From an uncultured delta proteobacterium (lineage in GTDB: Bacteria; Myxococcota_A; Polyangia; Fen-1088), in assembly GCA_963755125.1 (NCBI GenBank), contig CAVWIP010000012.1:150602-214601 (forward strand): a stretch of 64,000 bases of DNA, written 5' to 3'. The notes below the pieces were generated by a model. It ran no database searches, was not told the DNA's origin, and worked only from the letters and a program-made list of their open reading frames with translations. This document shows, one piece after another, positions 49,383 through 58,290 of this stretch; position 1 is the stretch's first letter, and the number at the start of each line of letters is the position of its first letter. A program made the position numbers and the translations under genes.

Positions 49383-49667
49383 CTACTCGAGGATCTCCAA
49401 AATCGCACGTCGCTTCATCTTTGCTGAAGCGGCGGAAAGAACCGTGCGCAAAGCCTTGGCGGTGCGGCCTTGGCGCCCGATGACCCGTCCCAAGTCGGAT
49501 TCGGCCACCTTCAACTCGAAGACTGTACCGTCCTGCTCCTCGATTTCCTCGACCGCTACCTCATCGGGGTGCTCCACCAGCGCGCGCGCCAGATAGAGGA
49601 CCAGATCGCGCAGCGGAGGCGCTTTCTCGGAACCTCCCACGGAGGGGGACTCGGCGCCCTCTGTCAC
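49383..49667 (-). CDS. KH-domain RNA-binding protein (YlqC/UPF0109-like)
   Basis: KH motif LKVAESDLGRVIGRQGRTAKALRTVL. This is the typical gene between rpsP and rimM. Confidence 0.75.
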   Translation of the reverse strand: MTEGAESPSVGGSEKAPPLRDLVLYLARALVEHPDEVAVEEIEEQDGTVFELKVAESDLGRVIGRQGRTAKALRTVLSAASAKMKRRAILEILE

Positions 49668-49674
49668 GGGAGCA

Positions 49675-49938
49675 CTACTCGGTCGGCGCCGCTACGGTTG
49701 CGCGCCTGACCTTCTTGATGAGCTGGCCGACGGTCTCGCTAGGAACGGCCCCCATGGCCAACCAGTGGTCGACACGGGCCATGTCGAACTTGACCTCGGG
49801 CGGGCTACGCCGCGGGTCGTAGATTCCAACCTGCTCGATCAGACGTCCATCTCGCGGACTCCGGCGATCCGAGGCGACAACGCGATAGTGCGGGGACTTC
49901 TTTCCTCCGCCGCGGGTGAGTCGTAGTGTGACGGCCAT
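49675..49938 (-). CDS. rpsP: 30S ribosomal protein S16
   Basis: MAVTLRLTRGGGKKSPHYRVVASDRRSPRDGRLIEQVGIYDP. Confidence 0.9.
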   Translation of the reverse strand: MAVTLRLTRGGGKKSPHYRVVASDRRSPRDGRLIEQVGIYDPRRSPPEVKFDMARVDHWLAMGAVPSETVGQLIKKVRRATVAAPTE

Positions 49939-50115
49939 GTTATTGGGATCCTCGTGGGCTCGAGCTGAGCCAACGGCTGAGAGTGATTATAACGCATGCG
50001 ATTGTCAAGGCGAAGGTGGTTCTTTTCTCTGCCGAATTTTATCAGCCTGCACGCGTTATTGCCCACCAATCAGAGTGACAACCGGCCGAGCCTCTGCGAT
50101 TTTCCTTTGGTTTTC
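49939..50115. promoter_or_regulatory. Divergent promoter region (rpsP operon on the minus strand, cytochrome gene on the plus strand). It is AT-rich relative to the surroundings.
   Basis: On the minus strand a TATAAT lies at 49986-49991, about 48 nt upstream of the rpsP ATG, and a TTGACA lies 11 nt upstream of it. That spacing is too short for a canonical pair, so only the -10 is credible. Confidence 0.3.
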
Positions 50116-51777
50116 ATGCGTTCACAGCCTCTAGGTCCTCTCCTGCTCGCCTTATTCGCGGCTCATTTCGCGTATCCGAGTAGCCTTGCCTTCGCCAGCC
50201 CGCGTGAACGCCGCGCCGTGGTCTTCTACACTGCACAGACCCAGGGCACGCTTGAACCCTGTGGCTGCACGAGCGATCCGCTGGGCGACATCGCGCGCGT
50301 GACCGCACTGGTTCGTGGCTCCGCACGAGCTGGCGCTACCCTCTTGGTTGATGCCGGCAATCTGACGTACCCCGCAGGTGAAATTCCATCGCGCAGACAA
50401 GAGGCTGCTGATCTGGTGGCAAGTTTCTTGGCCCGCGAGATCACCCGTCTGCCTTTCGGTGGCTCGGCCCTCGGCGAGACGGATCTTGCATGCGGGGTCG
50501 CCAAGGTTCAGCCCAAACGCTTGGCCGCCAACCTCGACAACCTGGCTTTCGTCGAGCCGTCGCGCATCAGCCCGGTGGGAGGAATCAAGATCGGAGTCTT
50601 CGGGCTGGTGGACCCCGCCCTCGTGCGGGAGAAAGGGCTGCGCGCGGAAGAACCAGTGAGCGCCGCTCATGCCGAGGCCGACCGATTGCGCGCGTCCGGT
50701 GCCGAGATCGTGATCGCGCTGGCGCCGCTCGAACGCCAACAGGCACGGGCGGTGGCGCGCGAGGCGTCGGTTGACTTCGTGGTGCTGGGGAATGACGTCG
50801 GCGAGGGATCGTCACGCGCAGAGAAGGTCGGCCGTGCTTTCCTTCTGGTCCCAGGTTCTGAGATGCAGCGGGTGGGCAGGCTGCAGATCGTTCTTCGCCA
50901 TGATGACGGGCGCCCTTCCGGTGAACCCCTGCGCGATGCCGGCGGACCGGCTGCGAGTCGCATGCGCTCCGAGGAGGTCGGCCGCCAACTCCGACAGCTA
51001 GATGCCGAGCTTGCACGCTGGGAAGAAGACGCCAGCAGCGACCCAGCCTTTGTGGCGGCCAAGCGCGAGGAGCGAGCCGAACTGCGCGCCGAGGCCGCCC
51101 GGCTGGCCAGCACGCCGTGGTCAGCCCCAGCCAAAGGCTCGTATTTCATCAACGAGCTTGTGCCCATACGACGCAGCTTGGCCCGTGATCCTGCCCTGGC
51201 TGCCAGCATGCGGAGGCTTGACCAGGCGGTGGGTGCCGCCAACCTTCGAGTGGCAGAGCCACCTCCACCCGCCGAACCGGGCCAGGCCCACTTCTTGGGT
51301 GACGCTTCCTGCGTGCGCTGCCACAAGGCGGCGGTGCGGTTCTGCAAACGCACGGCCCACGCGCATGCGTGGAGAACCCTGCAAGCTGTGGGCAAGACAG
51401 GCCACGGCGACTGTGTTAGCTGCCATGTCACAGGCTACGGCGAGATGGGTGGGTCGAGCCTAGGGTTCAGCAAAGGCCTGGAGAACATCCAGTGCGAGGC
51501 TTGCCATGGCCCGGGCTCGATCCACGTCGAGAAGCGCGGGCTGGAGAAACCGCTCGCCCTGCGCACGCGCACACCCGAGTCGGTGTGCACGCGCTGCCAC
51601 AACGAGAAGCACTCCGACACCTTCCAGTACGAGGCCTATCTGCGCGACATCATCGGCCCCGGCCATGGCGAGGACGTACGCGACGATCTGGGCGCAGGAC
51701 CGACCGCCAGAGATCTGCGCCGAGCCGCCGCGAAGCGCGCGTCGATCTCTGCCAAGCAGCCGAAGGAATTGTGGTGA
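50116..51777 (+). CDS. Periplasmic tetraheme c-type cytochrome with a large N-terminal phosphoesterase/5'-nucleotidase-like domain
   Basis: Signal peptide MRSQPLGPLLLALFAAHFAYPSSLAFA. Four CxxCH motifs: CVRCH, CVSCH, CEACH, CTRCH. The N-terminal half (VVFYTAQTQGTLEPCGC...LLVDAGN...IKIGVFGL...IVIALAP) resembles a degenerate calcineurin-like fold. The ORF-track start at 49996 was rejected. Confidence 0.7.
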   Translation: MRSQPLGPLLLALFAAHFAYPSSLAFASPRERRAVVFYTAQTQGTLEPCGCTSDPLGDIARVTALVRGSARAGATLLVDAGNLTYPAGEIPSRRQEAADLVASFLAREITRLPFGGSALGETDLACGVAKVQPKRLAANLDNLAFVEPSRISPVGGIKIGVFGLVDPALVREKGLRAEEPVSAAHAEADRLRASGAEIVIALAPLERQQARAVAREASVDFVVLGNDVGEGSSRAEKVGRAFLLVPGSEMQRVGRLQIVLRHDDGRPSGEPLRDAGGPAASRMRSEEVGRQLRQLDAELARWEEDASSDPAFVAAKREERAELRAEAARLASTPWSAPAKGSYFINELVPIRRSLARDPALAASMRRLDQAVGAANLRVAEPPPPAEPGQAHFLGDASCVRCHKAAVRFCKRTAHAHAWRTLQAVGKTGHGDCVSCHVTGYGEMGGSSLGFSKGLENIQCEACHGPGSIHVEKRGLEKPLALRTRTPESVCTRCHNEKHSDTFQYEAYLRDIIGPGHGEDVRDDLGAGPTARDLRRAAAKRASISAKQPKELW

Positions 51778-51850
51778 TACCGTCAGGGCCGGCGGGCCGG
51801 ATCGGGTTCCGACCTCCAGCCTCCGGCGTCCTGCCTCCTGGGAGGCGGCG

Positions 51851-52846
51851 CTAGCCGTCGCGCTTCTTCGGCGACGAACCCGCGAGAATCTGATCGAGCA
51901 GGTCACTCTCGATGTTGCCCCCGCTGACCAGGACAACCACGCGACGACCCTGCACCGGGAGCTTGTCTTCCATGAGGCCGGCCAGCGCGACCGCTGCCGA
52001 GGCCTCGCACATGATGCCCAGGGACCGGTACGCGTACACGATGGCCTGGCGGATGCCCACCTCACTCGCCAAAGCAACCTCGGGGAAATAGTCCTTGGCC
52101 ATAGCAAAGGTGCGCTCGCTAACCGCACCTTCCAGGCCCTCGGCCAGAGTGGGGCCGCCGTCGTATTGGGTGTAGGCTCGGCCATCCTCTAGCGAGCGCT
52201 TCATGGCGCAGTTGGCTTCAGGCGAGACGCCCAGCACGCGGATTCCGCGCGGAACCATTTCCACCCCCAACCCAGCCGCCAGGCCGCCGCCGCCCACCGG
52301 GGTCACCACCGTGTCCACGTCGGGAAGCTGGGCCAAGATCTCGCGTGCCAACACGCCTCCATTTCCCGCAATGACCCAGTCGTCGTCGAAAGCCGAGGCG
52401 AAGCTGAGCGAGGGATCGGCTGCCGCACGTCGGCGAGCCTCGGCTTCGGCTTGGTCATAGGACGCACCCGCGACCTCCAGCGCCGCGCCCAGCGCCAGGA
52501 TGCCGTCGCGCTTGCTTTGCGGTGTCTGGGCAGAGACCAGTACCCGGGCCTCGACCCCGAACGCACGGGCCGCCAGCGCTATGCCCAGCCCGTGGTTGCC
52601 CGCCGAGGCGGCGATGATGCGCTTCTTGCCTGCCTGGCACATCCCCGCTACGAACGCCGCAGCCCCGCGCAGCTTGAACGATCCGGTTCGCTGCAGCGAC
52701 TCGAGTTTGAGCCAAACATCCGCTCCGGTGCGGCGGCCCAACGCGGGCGCGGGAACGAGCGGCGTCACGCGCACCAGTCTGCGTACCCGTTCGGCGATGC
52801 TGCCGCCAGTGACTTCGGTCCAGATGTCTGGGTCGAACAGGCGCAT
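51851..52846 (-). CDS. PLP-dependent threonine/serine dehydratase family enzyme
   Basis: Lysine motif LQRTGSFKLRGAA, a Gly-rich loop TPVGGGGLAAG, and SAGNHG. The start was set at MRLFDPD (ATG about 52844-52846) so that it does not overlap the nadA start. Upstream in-frame ATGs at 52942/52948 are possible. Confidence 0.75.
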   Translation of the reverse strand: MRLFDPDIWTEVTGGSIAERVRRLVRVTPLVPAPALGRRTGADVWLKLESLQRTGSFKLRGAAAFVAGMCQAGKKRIIAASAGNHGLGIALAARAFGVEARVLVSAQTPQSKRDGILALGAALEVAGASYDQAEAEARRRAAADPSLSFASAFDDDWVIAGNGGVLAREILAQLPDVDTVVTPVGGGGLAAGLGVEMVPRGIRVLGVSPEANCAMKRSLEDGRAYTQYDGGPTLAEGLEGAVSERTFAMAKDYFPEVALASEVGIRQAIVYAYRSLGIMCEASAAVALAGLMEDKLPVQGRRVVVLVSGGNIESDLLDQILAGSSPKKRDG

Positions 52847-52931
52847 GGGGTCGATGCACGCTACCAGCGCAGCCCGCAAAACGCCACGTGTCTGCGTGCG
52901 TTCGGCCAGTGAGGGCGGTAGACCTAGATCG

Positions 52932-54017
52932 ATGCTCGACATCGACATTGCCCGGCTCGTGCGCTCGGGCCAGGTGGAAGCAAGCCGGGCCGAGCGCGTG
53001 CTCTGGCTGTGGAGCGAGATCCGCCGCCTCAAGCGAGAAAAGAACGCCTTCGTGCCCGCCCACAACTACCAGGTGCCGGAGGTGCAGGTTATTGCCGACA
53101 CGGTCGGCGATTCCTTCGAGCTGGCGGTGCGCGCCCGCGACGTAAAAGCGCGCCTGGTGGTCTTCTGCGGTGTCCGCTTCATGGCCGAGGGCTGTACCAC
53201 CCTGGCTCCGGACGTGCCCGTCTACCTGCCGAACCAGCAGGCGCTCTGCTCGCTGGCGGAGATGGATGCAGACGATCTCGAGGAACGGCAGCAGTTCTTG
53301 CGCTCGCTTGGGCGCAAGTTCGCCACCATGACCTACGTGAACACCTACGCCAGCGTGAAGGCTCTGTCCGACGTGTGTTGCACCAGTTCCAACGCGGTGA
53401 AGATCGCCGACCGGCTGGGCGCGCCGGACCTGCTCTTCGTGCCCGACCAAAATCTCGCCTATCAGGTGGCGCTTCAGACCCGACGCATGTACCTGCCTCC
53501 GCCGGAGCCGCACCAGTTCCATCCGCGCGAGTACCTGGCGCGCGTCGAACCTCTGCTCCGAGAAGGCGAGCGCGCGGGTCTAGTCGGCAACATTTTCGCC
53601 TGGGAAGGCGCCTGTCACGTGCACCAGCAGATGACCCTGGCCGACATCGCCCATATCCGCCAGGAAGATCCCGAGGCCGTGGTCATCGTGCACGGCGAGG
53701 TGAAGCCCGAATTGCAGCAGGCCGCCGACGAGGTGATGTCGACCGCACAGATGGCCAAGTACGTCGCCAGCCATCCCGAGAAGAAACGCCTGGCCATCCT
53801 CACCGAGTGCGGCCTGGTGGTACGTCTGGAGCTGGAGCACCCCGACCGGCAGTTCTACAAGCCCTGCCGGCTGTGCGAGCACATGAAGGCCATCACCCTG
53901 GAGAGCGTCTACGAAACCCTGCGCGACGAGCCAGCCCACTGCCTGGTCACGGTTCCCGAGGGTGTGCGACAGCGCGCCGCGACCGCCATGCTGCGCATGA
54001 TCGAGCTTGCTGCGTGA
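52932..54017 (+). CDS. nadA: Quinolinate synthase A
   Basis: Motifs AHNYQVPEVQ, VVFCGVRFMAE, TYVNTYASVKA and GACHVHQQM; 361 aa. The first 144 codons of ORF 52500..54017 were rejected. Confidence 0.85.
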   Translation: MLDIDIARLVRSGQVEASRAERVLWLWSEIRRLKREKNAFVPAHNYQVPEVQVIADTVGDSFELAVRARDVKARLVVFCGVRFMAEGCTTLAPDVPVYLPNQQALCSLAEMDADDLEERQQFLRSLGRKFATMTYVNTYASVKALSDVCCTSSNAVKIADRLGAPDLLFVPDQNLAYQVALQTRRMYLPPPEPHQFHPREYLARVEPLLREGERAGLVGNIFAWEGACHVHQQMTLADIAHIRQEDPEAVVIVHGEVKPELQQAADEVMSTAQMAKYVASHPEKKRLAILTECGLVVRLELEHPDRQFYKPCRLCEHMKAITLESVYETLRDEPAHCLVTVPEGVRQRAATAMLRMIELAA

Positions 54018-54023
54018 ATCCCG

Positions 54024-55112
54024 CTACGGGAATACCAGCACGTTGCGCGAGCCGTAGCTGGCTACCAGCCCGTCGATGTGGCGCCTGACCAGATCGCGCC
54101 GGGCCACCACCGCCCGGATCTCGCTCGGGGTCAGGATCTGGTATTCGTCCTGGCTCGCCTGGGCGAGCATCTGCTCCATCGCCGGAACGGTGACCCGGTC
54201 GAGCGCCTGGTAGAGCTGGCGCGAGAATCGTTGTGTCCGGTGCAAGATCGAGCGCGTGTGCTCGTTGCCCTCGGGCTCGATGAAGAAAGACATGGTGTTG
54301 TCCATGAAGAGCAAGCGTGAGCCGTCAGGCAATGTCTTCATGTTCCCGCCACTGTAGCGGTCAGGGTTGGAGGTCAGAAAGTCGAAAACCACAAGCTGCG
54401 AGAGCTGGGCGGCCAGCGCGCGCTTGTCGATCGGAATGGGCTGCCCTTGCGTCAACCATTGCATGCTCTGCTGGATGCCGTCGGGTGTGTCCAAGTCCGA
54501 GTCCTTGATCTCGGGTACCCAGTACATGACCACACCCGCCGTCTTGCCCATCGGATTGAAAACCGTCTCGGCGCGGATGCGCGGCAAGGCCGCCAGGCTG
54601 TCGGGATGAAGGTGCGAAAAGATCTCCTCGCGGCTCACCATGCGAGGCGCCGCCGGCGGAACAGCATTGAGGCCCAGCAGACGGTTGAGCCGGTAGGCCG
54701 CCACTTCCTTGCGCGGGATGGTCCGCAAATCGGTCTGAGCCGGCTTGAAGGCCGCACGCGAGCCATCGGCGAGCTCGACCCGAAACGACAGCGTCGATCC
54801 CCCTTTGTTGAGCTTCATGCCCAGGATGGGCTGCGTGCGCACGCGCTCGATCAGCATCTCGTCGGACATGCCGAGGAAGGTCCCGGCCGGCTCCTCGAAG
54901 ATGGCGGGGTTGGGCGGATTCGACAGCTCGCCGCGCGGCAGAAGCGTGGCGGAAACCGCCGGACCTGATGATCGATGGCCGAACAGTTGCCCCAACCTGT
55001 CAGTTCCGCCCTCGCTGAAGAAGTGCACCGATGCTCGGGCAAGCCATCCCGCGCCGACGAGAGCGCTCGCCAGCACCAGGGCTTCGGCCGCCACATATCG
55101 CCCGAGTCTCAC
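54024..55112 (-). CDS. Membrane-anchored Fam20/FJX1-like 'secretory-pathway kinase' homologue (DUF1193/Fam20C family)
   Basis: GTG start. N-terminal signal-anchor RLGRYVAAEALVLASALVGAGWLA. The blocks GGSTLSFRVELADGSRAAFKPA, RKEVAAYRLNRLLGLNAVPPAAPRMV, VFDFLTSNPDRYSGGNM and LLFMDNTMSF align to human FAM20C [61 protein letters not shown] and IIHLDNGRGFG. Confidence 0.7.
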   Translation of the reverse strand: MRLGRYVAAEALVLASALVGAGWLARASVHFFSEGGTDRLGQLFGHRSSGPAVSATLLPRGELSNPPNPAIFEEPAGTFLGMSDEMLIERVRTQPILGMKLNKGGSTLSFRVELADGSRAAFKPAQTDLRTIPRKEVAAYRLNRLLGLNAVPPAAPRMVSREEIFSHLHPDSLAALPRIRAETVFNPMGKTAGVVMYWVPEIKDSDLDTPDGIQQSMQWLTQGQPIPIDKRALAAQLSQLVVFDFLTSNPDRYSGGNMKTLPDGSRLLFMDNTMSFFIEPEGNEHTRSILHRTQRFSRQLYQALDRVTVPAMEQMLAQASQDEYQILTPSEIRAVVARRDLVRRHIDGLVASYGSRNVLVFP

Positions 55113-55159
55113 CAGATAATTCTAGGGCCTGACGCGGGCGAGCACAAACAAGGTTGAAC

Positions 55160-56269
55160 TTAGTTGTCCAATGCCTGCTGAATCGCCGCGTCGATCTCGG
55201 CCCTGCGCCTGTGCCCGACCATGACCCTGCGAATGACTCCATCGCGGCCGATGATGACCAGGTGGGGCAACGAAACCACCCGGTACAGCCCGCCGACCTC
55301 TTGGTCGTCGAGGAGATTCGGGTAGGGCGCCGGGTACTGCCGCAAGAAGTCCTGGATCTCGGTTTGGTCGGCCATGGATCCCTCCGAGCTGATGGCCAAG
55401 AACTCTACGCCCTGCGACCGCCGCGCACTGTAAATCTCGTGGAGCGTGGGCGCGAGTGCGATGCATGGCGGACACCAGCGAGCCCAGAAATCGAGCAGGA
55501 CGACTTTGCCCCTCAGCTCCGCAAGCGCCACGCTGCCCGGCTTTCCGTCGATGCGCGGGAGCACGAAAGCGGGCGCGACAACCCCGCGGCCGACCGGCGC
55601 AATCGCATCGCGGTTGTGGCTGAGCCAGACGATGTTCAGGGTGAGCGCGCCGGCGAGAATGCCGCCCAGGACCGAGGCAGCCACGCGCATGCGCCTGGGC
55701 GGGTCCACCTGCCCTGGCGCAGGCACGGGTGAGCCGCCCGCGCCTTGCACTCGGGACGTACGGCTGCGTGCCAGCCGAATCCCGATGACAAGAATCACCA
55801 GGGCCCAGGCCAGCCCGACCACGGGAATCGCCGGGCCCAGCACGCCCGCAGCAGCCGGGAACAGCGAGCCGGCCAGCTCGGCCAGACCCGAAAGCAAGAG
55901 GTAGGGAATGCTGCAGGCTGCGCCCAACTCGGCGTCAAGCACCGGGTCGCGGCGGCCCCGGCCAGCCAGGACGGTGGTGGCGATTGCAGCCGGCAGCGCT
56001 ATCAGCATGGCCGGCCGCAGATCCTGACCGACGATACTCAGAAGTTGCGCCAGAGTGCCGGCAAGGGATGCCTCGCGCAGCATGAGCACCGCGCGCGCCA
56101 CGACCGGAAGGCGAAAACACAGCACGCCGAGCAGCAAGATCACCAAGGCATCGCCCACTCCACCGCGCTCCCACACTTGAATATCGGCCAGTGCGCGTCC
56201 GGGCGACACGATGAGAGTGCCCACACGGAGCAAGAGCCCCGACCTGACGTTGCTTCGACCTTCGGTCAT
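55160..56269 (-). CDS. TlpA/ResA-like thiol:disulfide oxidoreductase (thioredoxin fold, WCPPC) fused to an N-terminal polytopic membrane domain
   Basis: C-terminus VVLLDFWARWCPPCIALAPTL...VVSLPHLVIIGRDGVI. The N-terminal about 230 aa are hydrophobic. The start was set at ATG 56267-56269 (MTEGRSNV). Confidence 0.7.
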   Translation of the reverse strand: MTEGRSNVRSGLLLRVGTLIVSPGRALADIQVWERGGVGDALVILLLGVLCFRLPVVARAVLMLREASLAGTLAQLLSIVGQDLRPAMLIALPAAIATTVLAGRGRRDPVLDAELGAACSIPYLLLSGLAELAGSLFPAAAGVLGPAIPVVGLAWALVILVIGIRLARSRTSRVQGAGGSPVPAPGQVDPPRRMRVAASVLGGILAGALTLNIVWLSHNRDAIAPVGRGVVAPAFVLPRIDGKPGSVALAELRGKVVLLDFWARWCPPCIALAPTLHEIYSARRSQGVEFLAISSEGSMADQTEIQDFLRQYPAPYPNLLDDQEVGGLYRVVSLPHLVIIGRDGVIRRVMVGHRRRAEIDAAIQQALDN

Positions 56270-56288
56270 CAACGCTCTCTGCGCTGGG

Positions 56289-57438
56289 CTACTGCCGCCC
56301 ATGCTCGCGCTGCTGAAGCAGCTTCTTGGCCGCTGTCGCAAGTGCGCCCGGAATGTTGCGCGAACGCGCGATATTGCGCAGGTCGTCCTGGTGCAAGTAA
56401 GGCAAGAAACGCAGCGACGAGCCGAGCGGGCACTTGGGGTTGCTCACCAAGGCCATCTTCACGGGATAATCCTTGCTGCACTCGCGGCTGTTCGCGATGT
56501 AGCGAATCACGTCGTCGCACACGTTGGTGCTGCCCGCGAACTGCCTGATCTCCATGTCCGTGATCTGCGGTGAACGAATGACAGTCATGGCCACCAGCTT
56601 GTTGCTGTCGCGGACCAGCATCTTGCGGCAGTAGGCGTTCCCGATGGTCGCGAGTCGGATCTTCTCGAAGATCCTGAGCTGGTCGAACTTGATGAATGAC
56701 ATCCCGGACGCTCGCTCCTTCTCTTCGGCCACCGCCTCCTCGTCGAACAACTCCTCGGCATCCCCGGACGCCTCATCGATTCCCGAAGCAGCCTCGGCCG
56801 CGGTTATCGCGGCCTGGAAGCGACCGTCGGTGGCTGCCCCATCCGTGGCTTCGGGATCCTGGCGAATCGCATTGACGATCTCGTCAAAGGCGGGGATGCC
56901 CTCCAGACGAACTCCGTTGCGCGCGCACAACTCCACCGCCCTGTTGACCGAGGACATGCGCGCTCGCTTGTTGAAGAACAGCGCCTCCACGATGGGCGGG
57001 CAGCGCAACAGTCGCACTTCGTTCTGGAAAATGATCTCAAGCAAGCTTTCGCCAAGACGGCCGGCCAGCATGACGAATGTTCTGGTCGGCGGTGGCCGGG
57101 TTGTAGAGGATCCTCTCCAGCACGGCCGTGCGCTGGTCGGGCAGACGCGCGGCAAAAAAGTGCAGCAAGGGCGCAGGCAATGCCTCGCCCAGGGGCGGGT
57201 TGATGACGTTGTCAGGGAAGCTCGCCGGTGCAGCCTCAGCGGCCGTTCGGATCGCCGGCTCAGCGTCGAATGACAGCTGGTAGATGGCCACCAGCAGCTC
57301 GGCCGGCCGCAGCGGCGCCATGCCCCGCACCGCCAGCAGCTTGGCCGTGGGCGCGCCGGCAACCAAGCTGGCCACGGCCGGCGATAGGCTGGCCACCGGT
57401 AGCGGCTGGAGTTGCAGGGATTCGCCTTGACTAGACAT
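56289..57438 (-). CDS. HEAT/ARM-like repeat protein, hypothetical, with an apparent single-base frameshift near 57070
   Basis: The N-terminal frame (ORF 57037..57438: ...ERILYNPATADQNIRHAGRPSWRKLA*) and the downstream frame (...TFVMLAGRLGESLLEIIFQNEVRLLRCPPIVEALFFN...LVSNPKCPLGSSLRFLPYLHQDDLRNIA) share the same repeat type and abut. The start ATG lies 2 nt after the coaX stop. Confidence 0.5.
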
Positions 57439-58198
57439 GGTTTCGCTCGAACAGGATGCGCAAGCCTCGCAGGGTTAGGAGCTCGTCACACTCTTCGATA
57501 GTAGACGAGTCCCGCGCCACGAGGGTGGCCAGGCCGCCCGTGGCGACCACCATCGGTGCATAGTTCATTTCCGCACGGATCCGGTTGACCAGAGCGTCGA
57601 CCATGCCCGCATAGCCAAAAACCAGGCCGGCCTGGATGCTGGCCACGGTGTTGGTGCCCACCACGCGCTTTGGCCTGGCGATCTCCACCCGAGGAAGACG
57701 CGCGGTGGACCGATACAGCGCATCGGCCGATACGATGAGGCCGGGGGCGATGATTCCGCCGGCGTACTCCCCGCGCGCCGTGATCGCGTCAAAGGTGGTG
57801 GCGGTGCCGAAGTCGACCACGATGGCCCCCTGCGGCCAACGCGCATAGGCGGCCACCGCGTTCACTATGCGATCCGCGCCCAGATCGCGCGGGTTCTCGT
57901 AGAGGACGGCCATCCCGGTCTTCATACCTGGCCCAACGACCAAGGCTGCGACGCCGAAGTAGCGCACAAACAACCGTTCCATGGGCGCGGTGGCGGGAGG
58001 GACGACGGACGATATAATGGCCTCCGTGACCTGCCGCATGGTCAGGCCTTGCAGTTCAAGCAACCCCGACAGGATTGCTGCGTACTCATCTGCCGTGCGT
58101 TCGACTCGGGTTTCCACGCGCCAGTCGAAACGCAAGGCTTCTCCCTCGAACAGGCCGAGGGCCGTATGAGTGTTTCCAATGTCAACCGCGAGCAGCAT
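57431..58198 (-). CDS. coaX: Type III pantothenate kinase
   Basis: MLLAVDIGNTHTALGLF, GADR and VVDFGTATTFD. Confidence 0.9.
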   Translation of the reverse strand: MLLAVDIGNTHTALGLFEGEALRFDWRVETRVERTADEYAAILSGLLELQGLTMRQVTEAIISSVVPPATAPMERLFVRYFGVAALVVGPGMKTGMAVLYENPRDLGADRIVNAVAAYARWPQGAIVVDFGTATTFDAITARGEYAGGIIAPGLIVSADALYRSTARLPRVEIARPKRVVGTNTVASIQAGLVFGYAGMVDALVNRIRAEMNYAPMVVATGGLATLVARDSSTIEECDELLTLRGLRILFERNHV

Positions 58199-58290
58199 GG
58201 GGGCTGGATGATTGTATCTGTATCTGCGCGCCAGTGCATGTCCGAGCGGACTTTGTGGGATGCGGCTTTTCCAGCTGGACGGGGAGCCGC

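Noticed and set aside
49986-50009. Perfect TTGACA and TATAAT hexamers on the minus strand upstream of rpsP
   Set aside because: The hexamers are only 11 nt apart, which is too short for a canonical sigma70 -35/-10 pair. Only the -10 element is retained, as a low-confidence signal.
52500-52931. 5' extension of the nadA ORF
   Set aside because: It overlaps the dehydratase gene. NadA homology begins at MLDIDIARL (ATG 52932).
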